Shown one piece after another: positions 32,451-44,066 of a stretch of 64,000 nt of DNA (position 1 is its first letter; every line of letters starts with the position of its first letter). Position numbers and translations under genes: made by a program. Below the pieces are notes generated by a model that searched no databases, had not been told where the DNA came from, and was given only the letters and a program-made list of their open reading frames with translations. The stretch covers positions 17,670,001-17,734,000 of the forward strand of contig OZ024766.1 in assembly GCA_964016885.1 (NCBI GenBank), written 5' to 3'. Source of the DNA: Eledone cirrhosa (taxonomy: Eukaryota).

Positions 32451-32705
32451 CCTCAGTCTTCCTCTTCCAGTGTGTCCATGTAGGGGCTCCCACAGGAGCA
32501 CTAAGTGCAGTGTCAACTCTGGATGTCGGTGAGCATGTCCAGCTAACCTCAGTCTCCTCTGTGTCACTTTTGAGCTGACTTTTGGGAGGCTCCCTCCCGT
32601 GCAGCTCTGAGTTCTTCATCCTCAGTGTATACTGATTAATGTTCAGAGCCATCCTCAGCATTCTCGTGTAGCACCCATCCACCATCTGAGTGAGTTTATT
32701 GGTCA
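32040..32705 (-). mobile_element. RTE/RTEX-like LINE 3' segment with internal duplications
   Basis: TNKLTQMVDGCYTRMLRMALNI...QRRLRLAGHAHRHPE...LLWEPLHG..GRGRPRLTYVD, stop at 32048, (TAGA)n tail. Confidence 0.85.
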
Positions 32706-33010
32706 TGAATGAAACTAAGACAAAATATCTGGTAGAGAATGTTGAGAAGCCAGAGGGGATCCCTAATGTAGGCGGGAAGCCGCTAGAATCAGTTGAGGAC
32801 TTCCTGTATTTGGGAGCAAAGATTAGGAATACGGAAGATGATGTAGTCAAGAGGAAGAGCAAAGCCTAGGCGGCGTGCCACAGCTTGAGATTGGTGTGGG
32901 GGGAAGTCGGACCTTCGTAAAGACTTGAAAATCCACCTCTTCGTTGCTGTAGTGGAGCCTGTGCTGCTGTACGGGTCTGAGACTTGAACACTGACCAAGA
33001 AACTCACTCA
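32703..33010 (+). mobile_element. Inverted upstream segment of the same LINE
   Basis: MNETKTKYL...LESVEDFLYLGA...KIHLFVAVVEPVLLYGSET*TLTKKLTQ, with stops and a frameshift. Confidence 0.82.
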
Positions 33011-33012
33011 GT

Positions 33013-33043
<31 letters not shown>

Positions 33044-33632
33044 TATATAATATGTATATATATATTATAGTGTTCAAGTCTCAGACCCATGTATATATAG
33101 CACATACATTTAGCCAAAATGTTAATGGAAGTGTCAGTTTTTCAAGAGCTTGCTGTGGAGTGCAGCAGGGCGGGAAGAGAATTCACAGCTGCGATGACCG
33201 AGACACTCGTCTTCTCAGGAGGCTTGTGCAGGGCACCCAAATGTGAGTGGAGTTCCACTGCAGCAGGTAGGGAAGTTCAAATACCCCAGGGTCGTGTTGA
33301 GCGACGGGAGGCAGGAGGCTGAATTAAGTGTAACAATTGCAGGACCTGGTGCAGTAGGGTGCCAGCTTCTGCATTCGGTCATCAGATGAAGAGAGGTAGA
33401 CGTAAAAGCCAAAATTGGTGTCTTCACTTTGGTATTAATGCCAACCATTAATTATGGTCATAAACTTTAGCTCGAAGGTCAAAGAATGTTTTCAGGTAGA
33501 GCTGCTGATATCTCAAATTGAGAGATGTAGTTAGAATGTCTCAGGAAAGAATCACTAGAGAGTTACTCCAGGTAGAGCTGCTATATATGTAATAGATATA
33601 TAATCAAAATTATATATATATTATATATAAGG

Positions 33633-34660
33633 AACTCATCACATGTCCATACCATCTCAGTCTCCTCTCTCGTACACTACAACTTATCCCTCTTATACAC
33701 AGTTTCTCTCTCAACTAATCACATGTCCATACCACCTCAGTCTTCTCTCCCACACACTACAACTTATCCCTCTTATACACAGTTTCTCTCTTAACTAATT
33801 ACATGTCCATACCATCTCAGTCTTCTCTCCCACACACCACAACTTATCCCTCTTATACCCAGTTTCTCGCTCAACACATCACATGTCCATACCATCTGTC
33901 TTCTCTCCCACACACCACAACTTATCCCTCTTATACACAGTTTCTCTCTCAACACATCACATGTCCATACCACTTCAGTCTTCTCTCCCACACACTACAA
34001 CTTATCCCTTTTATACAGTTTCTCTCTCAACAGATCACATGTCCATACCATCTCAGTCTTCTCTCTCACACACCACAACTTATCCCTCTTATACACAGTT
34101 TCTCTCTCAACTAATCACATGTCCATACCATCTCAGTCTTCTCTCCCACACACCACAACTTATCCCTCTTATACACAGTTTCTCTCTCAACACATCACAT
34201 GTCCATACCATCTCAGTCTTCTCTCTCACACACCACAACTTATCCCTCTTATACACAGTTTCTCTCTCAACACATCACATGTCCATACCATCTCAGTCTT
34301 CTCTCTCACACACCACAACTTATCCCTCTTATACACAGTTTCTCTCTCAACACATCACATGTCCATACCATCTCAGTCTTCTCTCTCACACCACCACAAC
34401 TTATCCCTCTTATACACAGTTTCTCTCTCAACACATCACATGTCCATACCACCTCAGTCTCCTCTCCCACACACCACAACTTATCCCTCTTATACCCAGT
34501 TTCTCTCTCACCACATCACATGTCCATACCACCTCAGTCTCCTCTCCCACACACCACAACTTATCCCTCTTATACACAGTTTCTCTCTCAACACATCCAT
34601 GCACATCCAACAGAGCAGGCTTCTTCATTTCTCTCCAGCCAACGCATATCTTCCAGTTAT
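33633..34660 (-). mobile_element. RTE-LINE-derived element with 80-bp array (~12 copies)
   Basis: Minus strand: GAAGATATGCGTTGGCTGGAGAGAAATGA 5' flank, then the 80-bp units. Confidence 0.88.
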
Positions 34661-34691
34661 ATATATATAATCATCATCATTTTACGTCCGC

Positions 34692-34731
<40 letters not shown>

Positions 34732-34959
34732 TATATTATATATATATATAATATATATATATTATATATATATATAATATATATTATATATTATATATAT
34801 ATATTATATATTATATACATATATAAATATATAATATATATATACATATTACATATATAATATATACATATTATATGTATATATATATAATATATACATA
34901 TTATATGTATAAGTATATATATATACATGTTACATATATAATATATACATATTATATTA

Positions 34960-35308
34960 TGGAGGCACAGGGCTTAGTGGTTAGAGCATTGGCCTTGCAA
35001 TCGAAAGGTTGTGAGTTCAATTCTCAGACCGGGTGATGTGTTGTTTCCTTGAGCAAGACACTTTATTTCACATTGCTCCAGTTTACTCAGCTGTAGAAAT
35101 GAGATGATAGGGACTGGGGTCCCTATCATTCCACTGCAAAGTGGTCGTGGAGGTGCCACAGCAAAAGAGCACCCAGCACTCACTGTAAATGAGGTTGCTG
35201 TTAGGAAGGGCATCCAGCTGTAGAAATCAAGCCAGAATCAGTTCCCGTCCCACCCTTGCAAGCAGGGAAAAGCGGACGTAAAATGATGATGATGATGATG
35301 ATGATGAT
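34960..35308 (+). mobile_element. Full-length tRNA-derived SINE
   Basis: A box GGCTTAGTGGTT (34971), B box GAGTTCAATTC (35013), CCTTGAGCAAGACACTT body, LINE-like 3' end and (GAT)n. Confidence 0.85.
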
Positions 35309-35320
35309 AATATATATATA

Positions 35321-36556
35321 CAGGGTGCGGACGATATTTGTTCGCAAGATAACTGTGTAAGAAAAAGTAACACAGTAGTTTTATTTTTTAAGATATATTT
35401 ATCAAACTTGGGTCAGTTTGTCTTCATGACTTGTTCTTTCGATCTCACTCGATAAACGCGCCATTGGCTTTGATGACGGCCTTCGTCATTGTCCCTCGAC
35501 TTAGGCCCCTAAAGGCACTTGTGATCCTGGCCTTCAGATCGTCTTTCGTATTGCAGCTGGATCTGTTGGTGTCTCGTTCCCCAGCGCCCCACACAAAGAA
35601 GTCGAGGGGGTTACAGTCAGGCGAGCTGGGAGGCCAGATGTCAGGTGAAGTGTGGTCGACGAAGTTCTCTGACAGCCAGGCTCGGGTCTTTCAGCTGGTA
35701 TGGCAGGGCGCTGAGTCTTGCTGCCACACGTACCACCTACCTGCAGCTACCTGGTCGATCCAGGGCTTTACTACCTCGCTCAGAACACGGATGTAGCCAT
35801 CGGTGTTCAGCTTGAGACCCTCGGGGAAGAAGTGAGGTGGCATGACGTCACCTTGACTGCTGATGACACCTAAGACCAATGTTGTCGCTGGAAACTCTGT
35901 CTGCATGACTCTGGGCACGTCTTTGGATGAGACAGCGAGCCACCTGTTGTTCTGGGAGTTGATCTTCTGGTCTTGGCAGAAGTTTTTCTCGTCGGAGAAA
36001 AACCACAGCATGTCTGGCTACAGTGGGTGTTTCAACTTGTTGATCAGCTTCTTTGCGTGCTTCAGTCGCTTTTCTTGCATCGCCTTCGACAAAAATTGTC
36101 CTTTCCTCATCTTGTATGAAACGTAGCGAATGTCTTCATGTACCACCAGCCTAATGAGCTTTTCATCCACGCCTTTCTCCCTTGCAATGGCACGCACCGA
36201 CTTGCTAGGTTCATTGTTGATGATATCCTGAACTTCAGCGACGAACTCGGGCGTTCTGAAGGGGTCAGATCGTCGATCATGTGTTTTCCTCTCTGATGTT
36301 GCTCCGCAGTCAAATCCCGAATCTTCCAATTCCTTTCTCACCTTTTCCACCATTCTCCTGCTGACGCAGGATTCCAAGAAGACCTCCGTGTCTCTTCCAC
36401 AAATTTGGAGGTTTAATATTATTCATAATCAATTATTCTGAAAATAAATAATGGAAATATAGTCACTGTTTTTATGAGGACAAGAGTGACAATGGAAGCA
36501 AAAAGAATTTGCATAAAATTAGCAGTTGAAAATTGCGAACAAATATCGTCCGTGCC
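35321..36556 (-). mobile_element. Tc1/mariner DD37D (maT-type) transposon, decayed
   Basis: TIR core CGGACGATATTTGTTCGCAA at both ends, TA-flanked; FFSDEKNF...QQDSAPCH...WPPSSPDCNPLD with 37 residues between D2 and D3; in-frame stops near 36018 and 35691. Confidence 0.93.
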
Positions 36557-36594
<38 letters not shown>

Positions 36595-36610
36595 ATATAT
36601 AATATATTAT

Positions 36611-36682
<72 letters not shown>

Positions 36683-36711
36683 ATTATATATATATATATA
36701 TAATATATTAT

Positions 36712-36781
<70 letters not shown>

Positions 36782-36805
36782 ATATATTATATATATATAT
36801 ATATT

Positions 36806-36853
<48 letters not shown>

Positions 36854-37362
36854 TAAATATATATAAATATATATATATACATATATTATATATATAATAT
36901 ATATATTATATATATATATTATAATATATATATAATATATATATATATATTTATAATATATATATATAATATATATTTATAATATATATATAATATATTA
37001 TATATATATATATAATATATATTATATATATATATATAATATATATATATGTAATATATATATATATCTAATATATATATATATCTAATATATATATATA
37101 TATCTAATATATATATATCTAATATATATATATCTAATATATATATATATATCTAATATATATATATCTAATATATATATTATATATATATATAATATTT
37201 ATATATATTATATATATATATAATATATCTAATATATATTATATATATATATAATATATCTAATATTTATATATATTATATATATATATAATATATATTA
37301 TATATATATACAATATATATTATATATATACACAATATATAATATATATATTTATATTATAT
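36557..37362. repeat. (TA)n microsatellite
   Basis: Low complexity. Confidence 0.97.
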
Positions 37363-37424
37363 ACAAACCTACAGTCAGTATACACCTCTTAACACTATGT
37401 ACACCCTACCGCAAGCCCCTAGAG

Positions 37425-39088
37425 GTTATGTAGGAGACACGGTGTAAAGAGTCCACACTGTAAAGTGGTCATGCAGGTGACACAGTAAAAAGGCTCCCAG
37501 TCCACATTGTAAAGTGGTCATGTAGGAGACACAGTAAAAAGGCTCCCAGTCCACACTGTAAAGTGGTCATGTAGGAGACACAGTAAAAAGGCTCCCAGTC
37601 CACACTGTAAGGTGATCATGTAGGAGACACAGTAAAAAGGCTCCCAGTCCACACTGTAAGGTGGTCATGTAGGTGACACAGTAAAAAGGCTCCCAGTCCA
37701 CACTGTAAGATGGTCGTGTAGGAGACACAGTAAAAAGGCTCCCAGTCCACACTGTAAGGTGGTCATGTAGGAGACACAGTAAAAAGGCTCCCAGTCCACA
37801 CTGTAAGATGGTCGTGTAGGAGACACAGTAAAAAGGCTCCCAGTCCACACTGTAAGGTGGTCATGTAGGTGACACAGTAAAAAGGCTCCCAGTCCACACT
37901 GTAAGATGGTCGTGTAGGAGACACAGTAAAAAGGCTCCCAGTCCACACTGTAAGGTGGTCATGTAGGTGACACAGTAAAAAAGCTTCCAGTCCACACTGT
38001 AAGGTGGTCATGTAGGTGACACAGTAAAAAAGCTTCCAGTCCACACTGTAAGGTGGTCATGTAGGTGACACAGTAAAAAAGCTTCCAGTCCACACTGTAA
38101 AGTGGTCATGTAGGTGACACAGTAAAAAAGCTTCCAGTCCACACTGTAAAGTGGTTGTGTAGGAGACACAGTAAAAAGGCTCCCAGTCCACACTGTAAAG
38201 TGGTCATGTAGGTGACACAGTAAAAAGGCTCCCAGTCCACACTGTAAAGTGGTCATGTAGGTGACACAGTAAAAAAGCTTCCAGTCCACACTGTAAAGTG
38301 GTCATGTAGGAGACACAGTAAAAAAGCTTCCAGTCCACACTGTAAAAAGGCTTCCAGTCCACACTGTAAAGTGGTCATGTAGGTGACACAGTAAAAAAGC
38401 TTCCAGTCCACACTGTAAAGTGGTCATGTAGGTGACACAGTAAAAAAGCTTCCAGTCCACACTGTAAAGTGGTCATGTAGGTGACACAGTAAAAAGGCTC
38501 CCAGTCCACACTGTAAAGTGGTCATGTAGGTGACACAGTAAAAAAGCTTCCAGTCCACACTGTAAAGTGGTCATGTAGGAGACACAGTAAAAAGGCTCCC
38601 AGTCCACACTGTAAAAAGGCTCCCAGTCCACACTGTAAGGTGGCCATGTAGGGGACACAGTAAAAAGGCTCCCAGTCCACATTGTAAAGTGGTCATGTAG
38701 GAGACACAGTAAAAAGGCTCCCAGTCCACACTGTAAAGTGGTCATGTAGGAGACACGGTGAAAAGGCTCCCAGTACACACTGTAAAGTGGTCATGTAGGA
38801 GACACAATAAAAAGGCTCCCAGTACACACTGTAAGGTGGTCATGTAGGAGACACAATAAAAAGGCTCCCAGTACACACTGTAAAGTGGTCATGTAGGAGA
38901 CACAATAAAAAGGCTCCCAGTACACACTGTAAATGTGGTTGGTGTTAGGAAGGGCATCCAGCTGTAAAAAACATGCCAGAGACGCTTCTGTACAAGCGAG
39001 AGACGGTCTCCCGCATCACATGGAGCAAAACCGTCTAACACATGCTAGCGTGGAAGATGCACGTTAAACGATGATGATGATGATGACG
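37425..39088 (+). mobile_element. SINE with expanded 49-bp internal array (~30 copies)
   Basis: CACTGTAAAGTGGTCATGTAGGWGACACAGTAAAAAGGCTCCCAGTCCA in tandem, then core at 38935 and (GAT)n tail. Confidence 0.9.
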
Positions 39089-39159
39089 ATATATAATATA
39101 TATACTACTTTTACTTGCTCCAGCCATCCGGCTGAGGCCATGCTGGGGCACTGCCCTTG

Positions 39160-41700
39160 TTGCTACACATTCTATCTCCAGCATGAGTTGGCTGGCAATT
39201 GGTATAAGACGGAGTTTGTCGTTGCTGCTCTTAGGTTACCTCCGTACCGAGCTGTGGGCCAACGCAGGATCCTGGGTAGCAGGCTGTCGAGATGTTTCTT
39301 GGAAACATTCACGTCCACACCACGCAGGCCTCACAAATTTCTTGGCAGCTTGTTGAAGAGTTGAGGGCCTTTGAACCCTGGGCTATTGCAATATCTGCTC
39401 CTTATTCTAGATGTGGAAGACGGGACCTTTGGCACCACACAGTGACGTCCTGTTTGGAGTTGGCCCAGCTCCCAATGCCAAAGTTTGGTGCGAGTCCCTC
39501 AAGGATATTCCTTGTGTATCACTGCGTACCTCTTCCTGGTTCGTTCCAAGGAGCAGAGTTTCAGTTCTTTAGCCTCTCCCAATTATTGCAATCCTCTTGG
39601 TGTAGCCTAGCTGGATTGCCTCAAGCTCCGTGGTTAGTTTGACACTATGGGGTGACCACAACTGGGAGCAGTAGTCCAGGAGGCTTAGGACAAATCTCTT
39701 GGCAGCTTGTTGAAAAGATGAGGGCCTTTGAACTTCAGGTTCTTGCAATATCTGCTCCTTATTCTAGATGTGGAAGACGGGACCTTTGGCACCACACAGT
39801 GACGTCCTGTTTGGAGTTGGCCCAGCTCCCAATGCCAAAGTTTGGTGCTAGTCCCTCCAGGATTTTCCTTATGTATCACTGCGTACCTCTCCCTGGTTCG
39901 TTCCAAGGAGCAGAGTTTCAGTTCTTTAGCCTCTCCCAGTAGCTTATCCCCATTATTGCAATCCTCTTGGGCGTGGCTTCATTGGATTGCCTCAAGCTCC
40001 ATGGTTAGTTAGATACTATGTCGTGACCACAGCTTGGAGCAATAGCCCAGTTGTTTTAGGACAAAGGTCCTCCATAGTATCAACATGATGTCTTGGTCTC
40101 TTACCCCTAAAGTCCTCAAGATCCAGCCAATGAGTCGTCTGCACATTGTCGCCACTTTCATGATGTGTGAGGAAAAAGATGCATCATCGCTCATGTCTAT
40201 GCCCAGGTCTCGTATCGATTTCGACACGGGGATATCAGTCCCCCCTGGTCCTGCGTTGCATCATCGCTCATGTCTATGCCCAGATCTCGTATCCATTTCG
40301 ACACGGGGATACCAGTCCCCCTGGTCCTGCGTTGCATCATCGCTCATGTCTATGCCCAGGTCTCGTATCGATTTCGACACGGGGATATCAGTCCCCCCTG
40401 GTCCTGCGTAACTGCTTTGTACTATATTTGTGTTTGCAGGTTTGTATTGTAGGGCTGGAAATTTTCCAGCATTAAACTTCATGTTGTTGTCCTCAGTCCC
40501 TTTATATATGGCATCCAGATCTTGTTGTAAAAGGGCAGCATCAACTGGGTTTTTCATTGCTCGTGCTACCTTTGTGTCATCAGCATAGCTAGTGAGGGAT
40601 GTTGTATGTACTACAGAGGGCATGTCTGAGAGAGCCACCAAAAACAGTAGTGGTCCCAAGACTGTGCCCTGGGGCACTCCACTTGTTATTGATGTTTCCT
40701 TTGAGAGGGCCCCGTTTGCTGCAACTGTCTGGCTTCTGTCTTTTAAGAAGTCATGCAGCCACTCACCTACTTTTCCAGTTTTGCCGAGTCTGTGTAGTTT
40801 GTGACATATCATTCCGTGGTCGACCTTGTCAAAGGCCTTCGCAAAGTCAAGATATATCACGTCCACATGTGAGCTGTCTAGTAGTTGTCTCAGTACCCAG
40901 TCGTAGTGATGTAGCAGCTGTGTAAGGCAGCTTCTTCCTGAGCGAAAGCCATGCTGCGTGCTAGTCAGGCGGTCATTTTCCTCGAGGAAAGTGATCAGTT
41001 TCTTTCTGACGACTCGCTCCATGACCTTACTGATATGCGACGACAGGGAGACTGGCTTATAGTTCTTGGCCTCCGCTCTGCTACCTCCTTTATGGATAGG
41101 GCATATTGTGCCTTCTTTCAGCTCCCTGGGTAGTATACCACTAGCCAAGGAGCTTCTGAAGAGCATCTTCAGTGGAGTTGCTAAAACACGCTTACATGTT
41201 TTTAAGAGGACTGCTGGGAATCCATCAGGTCCAGCAGCTGAGTTTGTTCTAATTTCGTCTATGGCTGATACCACATCTTCCTCCGTTATGTCTATGTGGT
41301 TGATGGTCGCCATTTCTTCATGGAGTGTTTTGGCATCAAAGAAATCCTCTGGCTTTGTTATTTGCATGTGCCTCACTGGAGGTGTGAACACACTTTTGTC
41401 CTGTTCATTCAGCATTTCACTTATCCCTTGGGGATCCTCGGTTAATGAACCATCTTTATGGAAGAGTGGCCCAATCTTGCAGTGTACCGATGCAGTCTCT
41501 TTTGTAAATTTAAAGAAAGCCATATTTTTTATGGTCCTGGCTTCTCTTTGTGCATGCTCCTTCGCATGGGAAAGTTTGAGTGCAGTTTCAATTTCAAGTG
41601 GTGCACGTTTCAAATAGGACTCCTCCTTGTTTTTTTGTTGCGCATTTAACAGGTTTGAGATCTTTGGTCTTTGTCCCATAAGGACTTTCCTGTCTCTGGC
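39160..41700 (-). mobile_element. CR1-like non-LTR retrotransposon RT region, 5'-truncated, with internal duplications
   Basis: ORF 41679-40261: AAGPDG, QHGFRSGRSC, YLDFAKAFDKVDH, GVPQGTVLGPLLF, YADD; C-terminal part broken. Confidence 0.93.
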
Positions 41701-41748
41701 AATAAAATTTATATATATTTACATACATAGACAACTGTGTCTTTTCAG

Positions 41749-41793
<45 letters not shown>

Positions 41794-41843
41794 TATGTAT
41801 ATATGTATATATACATACACATATATAGAGAGAAATAAACCAT

Positions 41844-41883
<40 letters not shown>

Positions 41884-42177
41884 GAGAGAAGAATTCACCC
41901 CAGGTGTGGACAAGTTTTTTTATTTATTGACACCAAAAGGTAGAGGAGGGAGTGGTGTGCCTTGAACTCAGAATAACGAAGGGAATGAACACTACAAGGT
42001 ACTCTATCAAACACTCCCGTGGCTCAGTCAACACAAAGATATACTCAAACCAGTAACCACCATGCAGGGTGGGTTGAGTATGTGTCAACCAGTGAATTGA
42101 CAGCATGGAAAAATAATGGCTACACCCCAGATAAGTCAACATCCCTTAATTTGGAGAAGCAAGGGCTCTATCTAGTG

Positions 42178-43165
42178 AGACTCCAGGTAGAGCTGCTACT
42201 TCTCTGAATTGAGAGACCACAGCTCTGATACTATGGACATGTGGTTAGAATGTCTCAGGAAAGAATCACTGGAGAGTCACTCCAGGTAGAGCTGCTACTT
42301 CTCTGAATTGAGAGATCACAGCTCTGATACTATGGACATGTGGTTAGAATGTCTAAGGAAAGAATCACTGGAGAGTCACTCCAGGTAGAGCTGCTACTTC
42401 TCTGAATTGAGAGATCACAGCTCTGCTACTATGGACGTGTGGTTAGAATGTCTCAGGAAAGAATCACTGGAGAGTCACTCCAGGTAGAGCTGTTACTTCT
42501 CTGAATTGAGAGATCACAGCTCTGATACTATGGACATGTGGTTAGAATGTCTCAGGAAAGAATCACTAGAGAGTCACTCCATGTAGAGCTGCTACTTCTC
42601 TGAATTGAGAGACCACAGCTCTGATACTATGGACATGTGGTTAGAATGTCTCAGGAAAGAATCACTGGAGAGTCACTCCAGGTAGAGCTGCTACTTCTCT
42701 GAATTGAGAGATCACAGCTCTGATACTATGGACATGTGGTTAGAATGTCTCAGGAAAGAATCACTGGAGAGTCACTCCATGTAGAGCTGCTACTTCTCTG
42801 AATTGAGAGACCACAGCTCTGATACTATGGACATGTGGTTAGAATGTCTCAGGAAAGAATCACTGGAGAGTCACTCCAGGTAGAGCTGCTACTTCTCTGA
42901 ATTGAGAGATCACAGCTCTGATACTATGGACATGTGGTTAGAATGTCTCAGGAAAGAATCACTGGAGAGTCACTCCATGTAGAGCTGCTACTTCTCTGAA
43001 TTGAGAGACCACAGCTCTGATACTATGGACATGTGGTTAGAATGTCTCAGGAAAGAATCACTGGAGAGTCACTCCAGGTAGAGCTGCTACTTCTCTGAAT
43101 TGAGAGATCACAGCTCTGATACTGTGGACATGTGGTTAGAATGTCTCGGGGAAAGAATCACTGGA
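42178..43165. repeat. 99-bp tandem repeat (~10 copies); related short copy at 33495-33582
   Basis: CTCCAGGTAGAGCTGCTACTTCTCTGAATTGAGAG...TTAGAATGTCTCAGGAAAGAATCACT. Confidence 0.95.
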
Positions 43166-43548
43166 CAGATTTTATGGGGGGCGGGAAACAAACAAGTAGG
43201 AGACCCAGGTATAAACCCTGATCAAGATGGTTGGATAACATCCATGAGCTTTGCTGGTCTCGCTTGGGGATCCATCCGGATCAGTGAGAGAGGGTTGCTT
43301 CTGAGAGGACCCACTGGAGGGTGGGGAGTTTGGGGAATCTGCACCCGCGAACCTCCCAGAAATAAGTGGGCAAAGAAGAAGAATTCCCCAGATATGTAGG
43401 GCCCTGATGTTGTCCTTGTGCTAAAACTGGAAACCCCCCCCCCGTCGTCGCTATTGTTCCTCTCACCTGCACTGGGATGTACACACCTTCCAAATATCAC
43501 AGTTATTATTGAGAGGAGAGAGGAAGGGGCCAAAATCTTAAGACTTAC

Positions 43549-43958
43549 CTGCATCTGCAGCCTTCTGGTCAGCCGGGGGCAAAATCCGTGGGTGAGGTGG
43601 TGTGTCCGTCCGAGGTTTCCCCTTGGACAACTGACCACCCCCACCACCACCACCACCGCCGCCGCCGCCACCACCTCTACCGGAGGTGGGGGTGGTGCTG
43701 GTGGTGGTGGTGGTCGGAGGAACAGTCTTCTTGGAAGCCACTCCGGCCCCACTGGCGCTGCTGGTGGTGGTGGTGGCGGCGGCGCTGGTGGTGGTGGGAG
43801 GGGGGGCAGTCTTCTTGCCGCCGGATGCCACAGAGCCCCCTCCGCTGTTGGCCCCGAGGCAGCGGATGAACAAGAGGCGCCGGTCGAGCTTGATCGAGTT
43901 GGAGGAGTCCGCGTAGTAGAGGGCGTCCTTGAACTTGGAGAAGACGACAAGACTGGTC
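43549..43958 (-). CDS. RRM gene exon: second half of RRM (RNP1) plus Thr/Gly/Pro-rich linker
   Basis: Long pyrimidine tract and CAG; (G)TSLVVFSKFKDALYYADSSNSIKLDRRLLFIRCL...; AG|GTAAGT donor; phase 2 in matches exon 56638-56497 and gives RKRGTSLVVF. Confidence 0.85.
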
Positions 43959-44066
43959 CTGGAGAGGAGAAGGAGGAGGAAAAGAAAGTGAGGAAAATGT
44001 CAACAACAACAACAACAACAACAACATTAACAACAGTCACCACACCACCACCACCACCGCCACCAT

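Noticed and set aside
33119-33448. GC-richer stretch with short ORFs on both strands
   Set aside because: No recognisable motif or phase-compatible splice pair; probably an unclassified repeat remnant
34965-35030. tRNA gene (also 51315-51375)
   Set aside because: A/B boxes continue into a SINE body and tail; no convincing cloverleaf
37425-38930. CRISPR-like regular spacing (also 55573-56370 and 52745-55340)
   Set aside because: No unique spacers, no cas genes, eukaryotic context; these are tandem repeats
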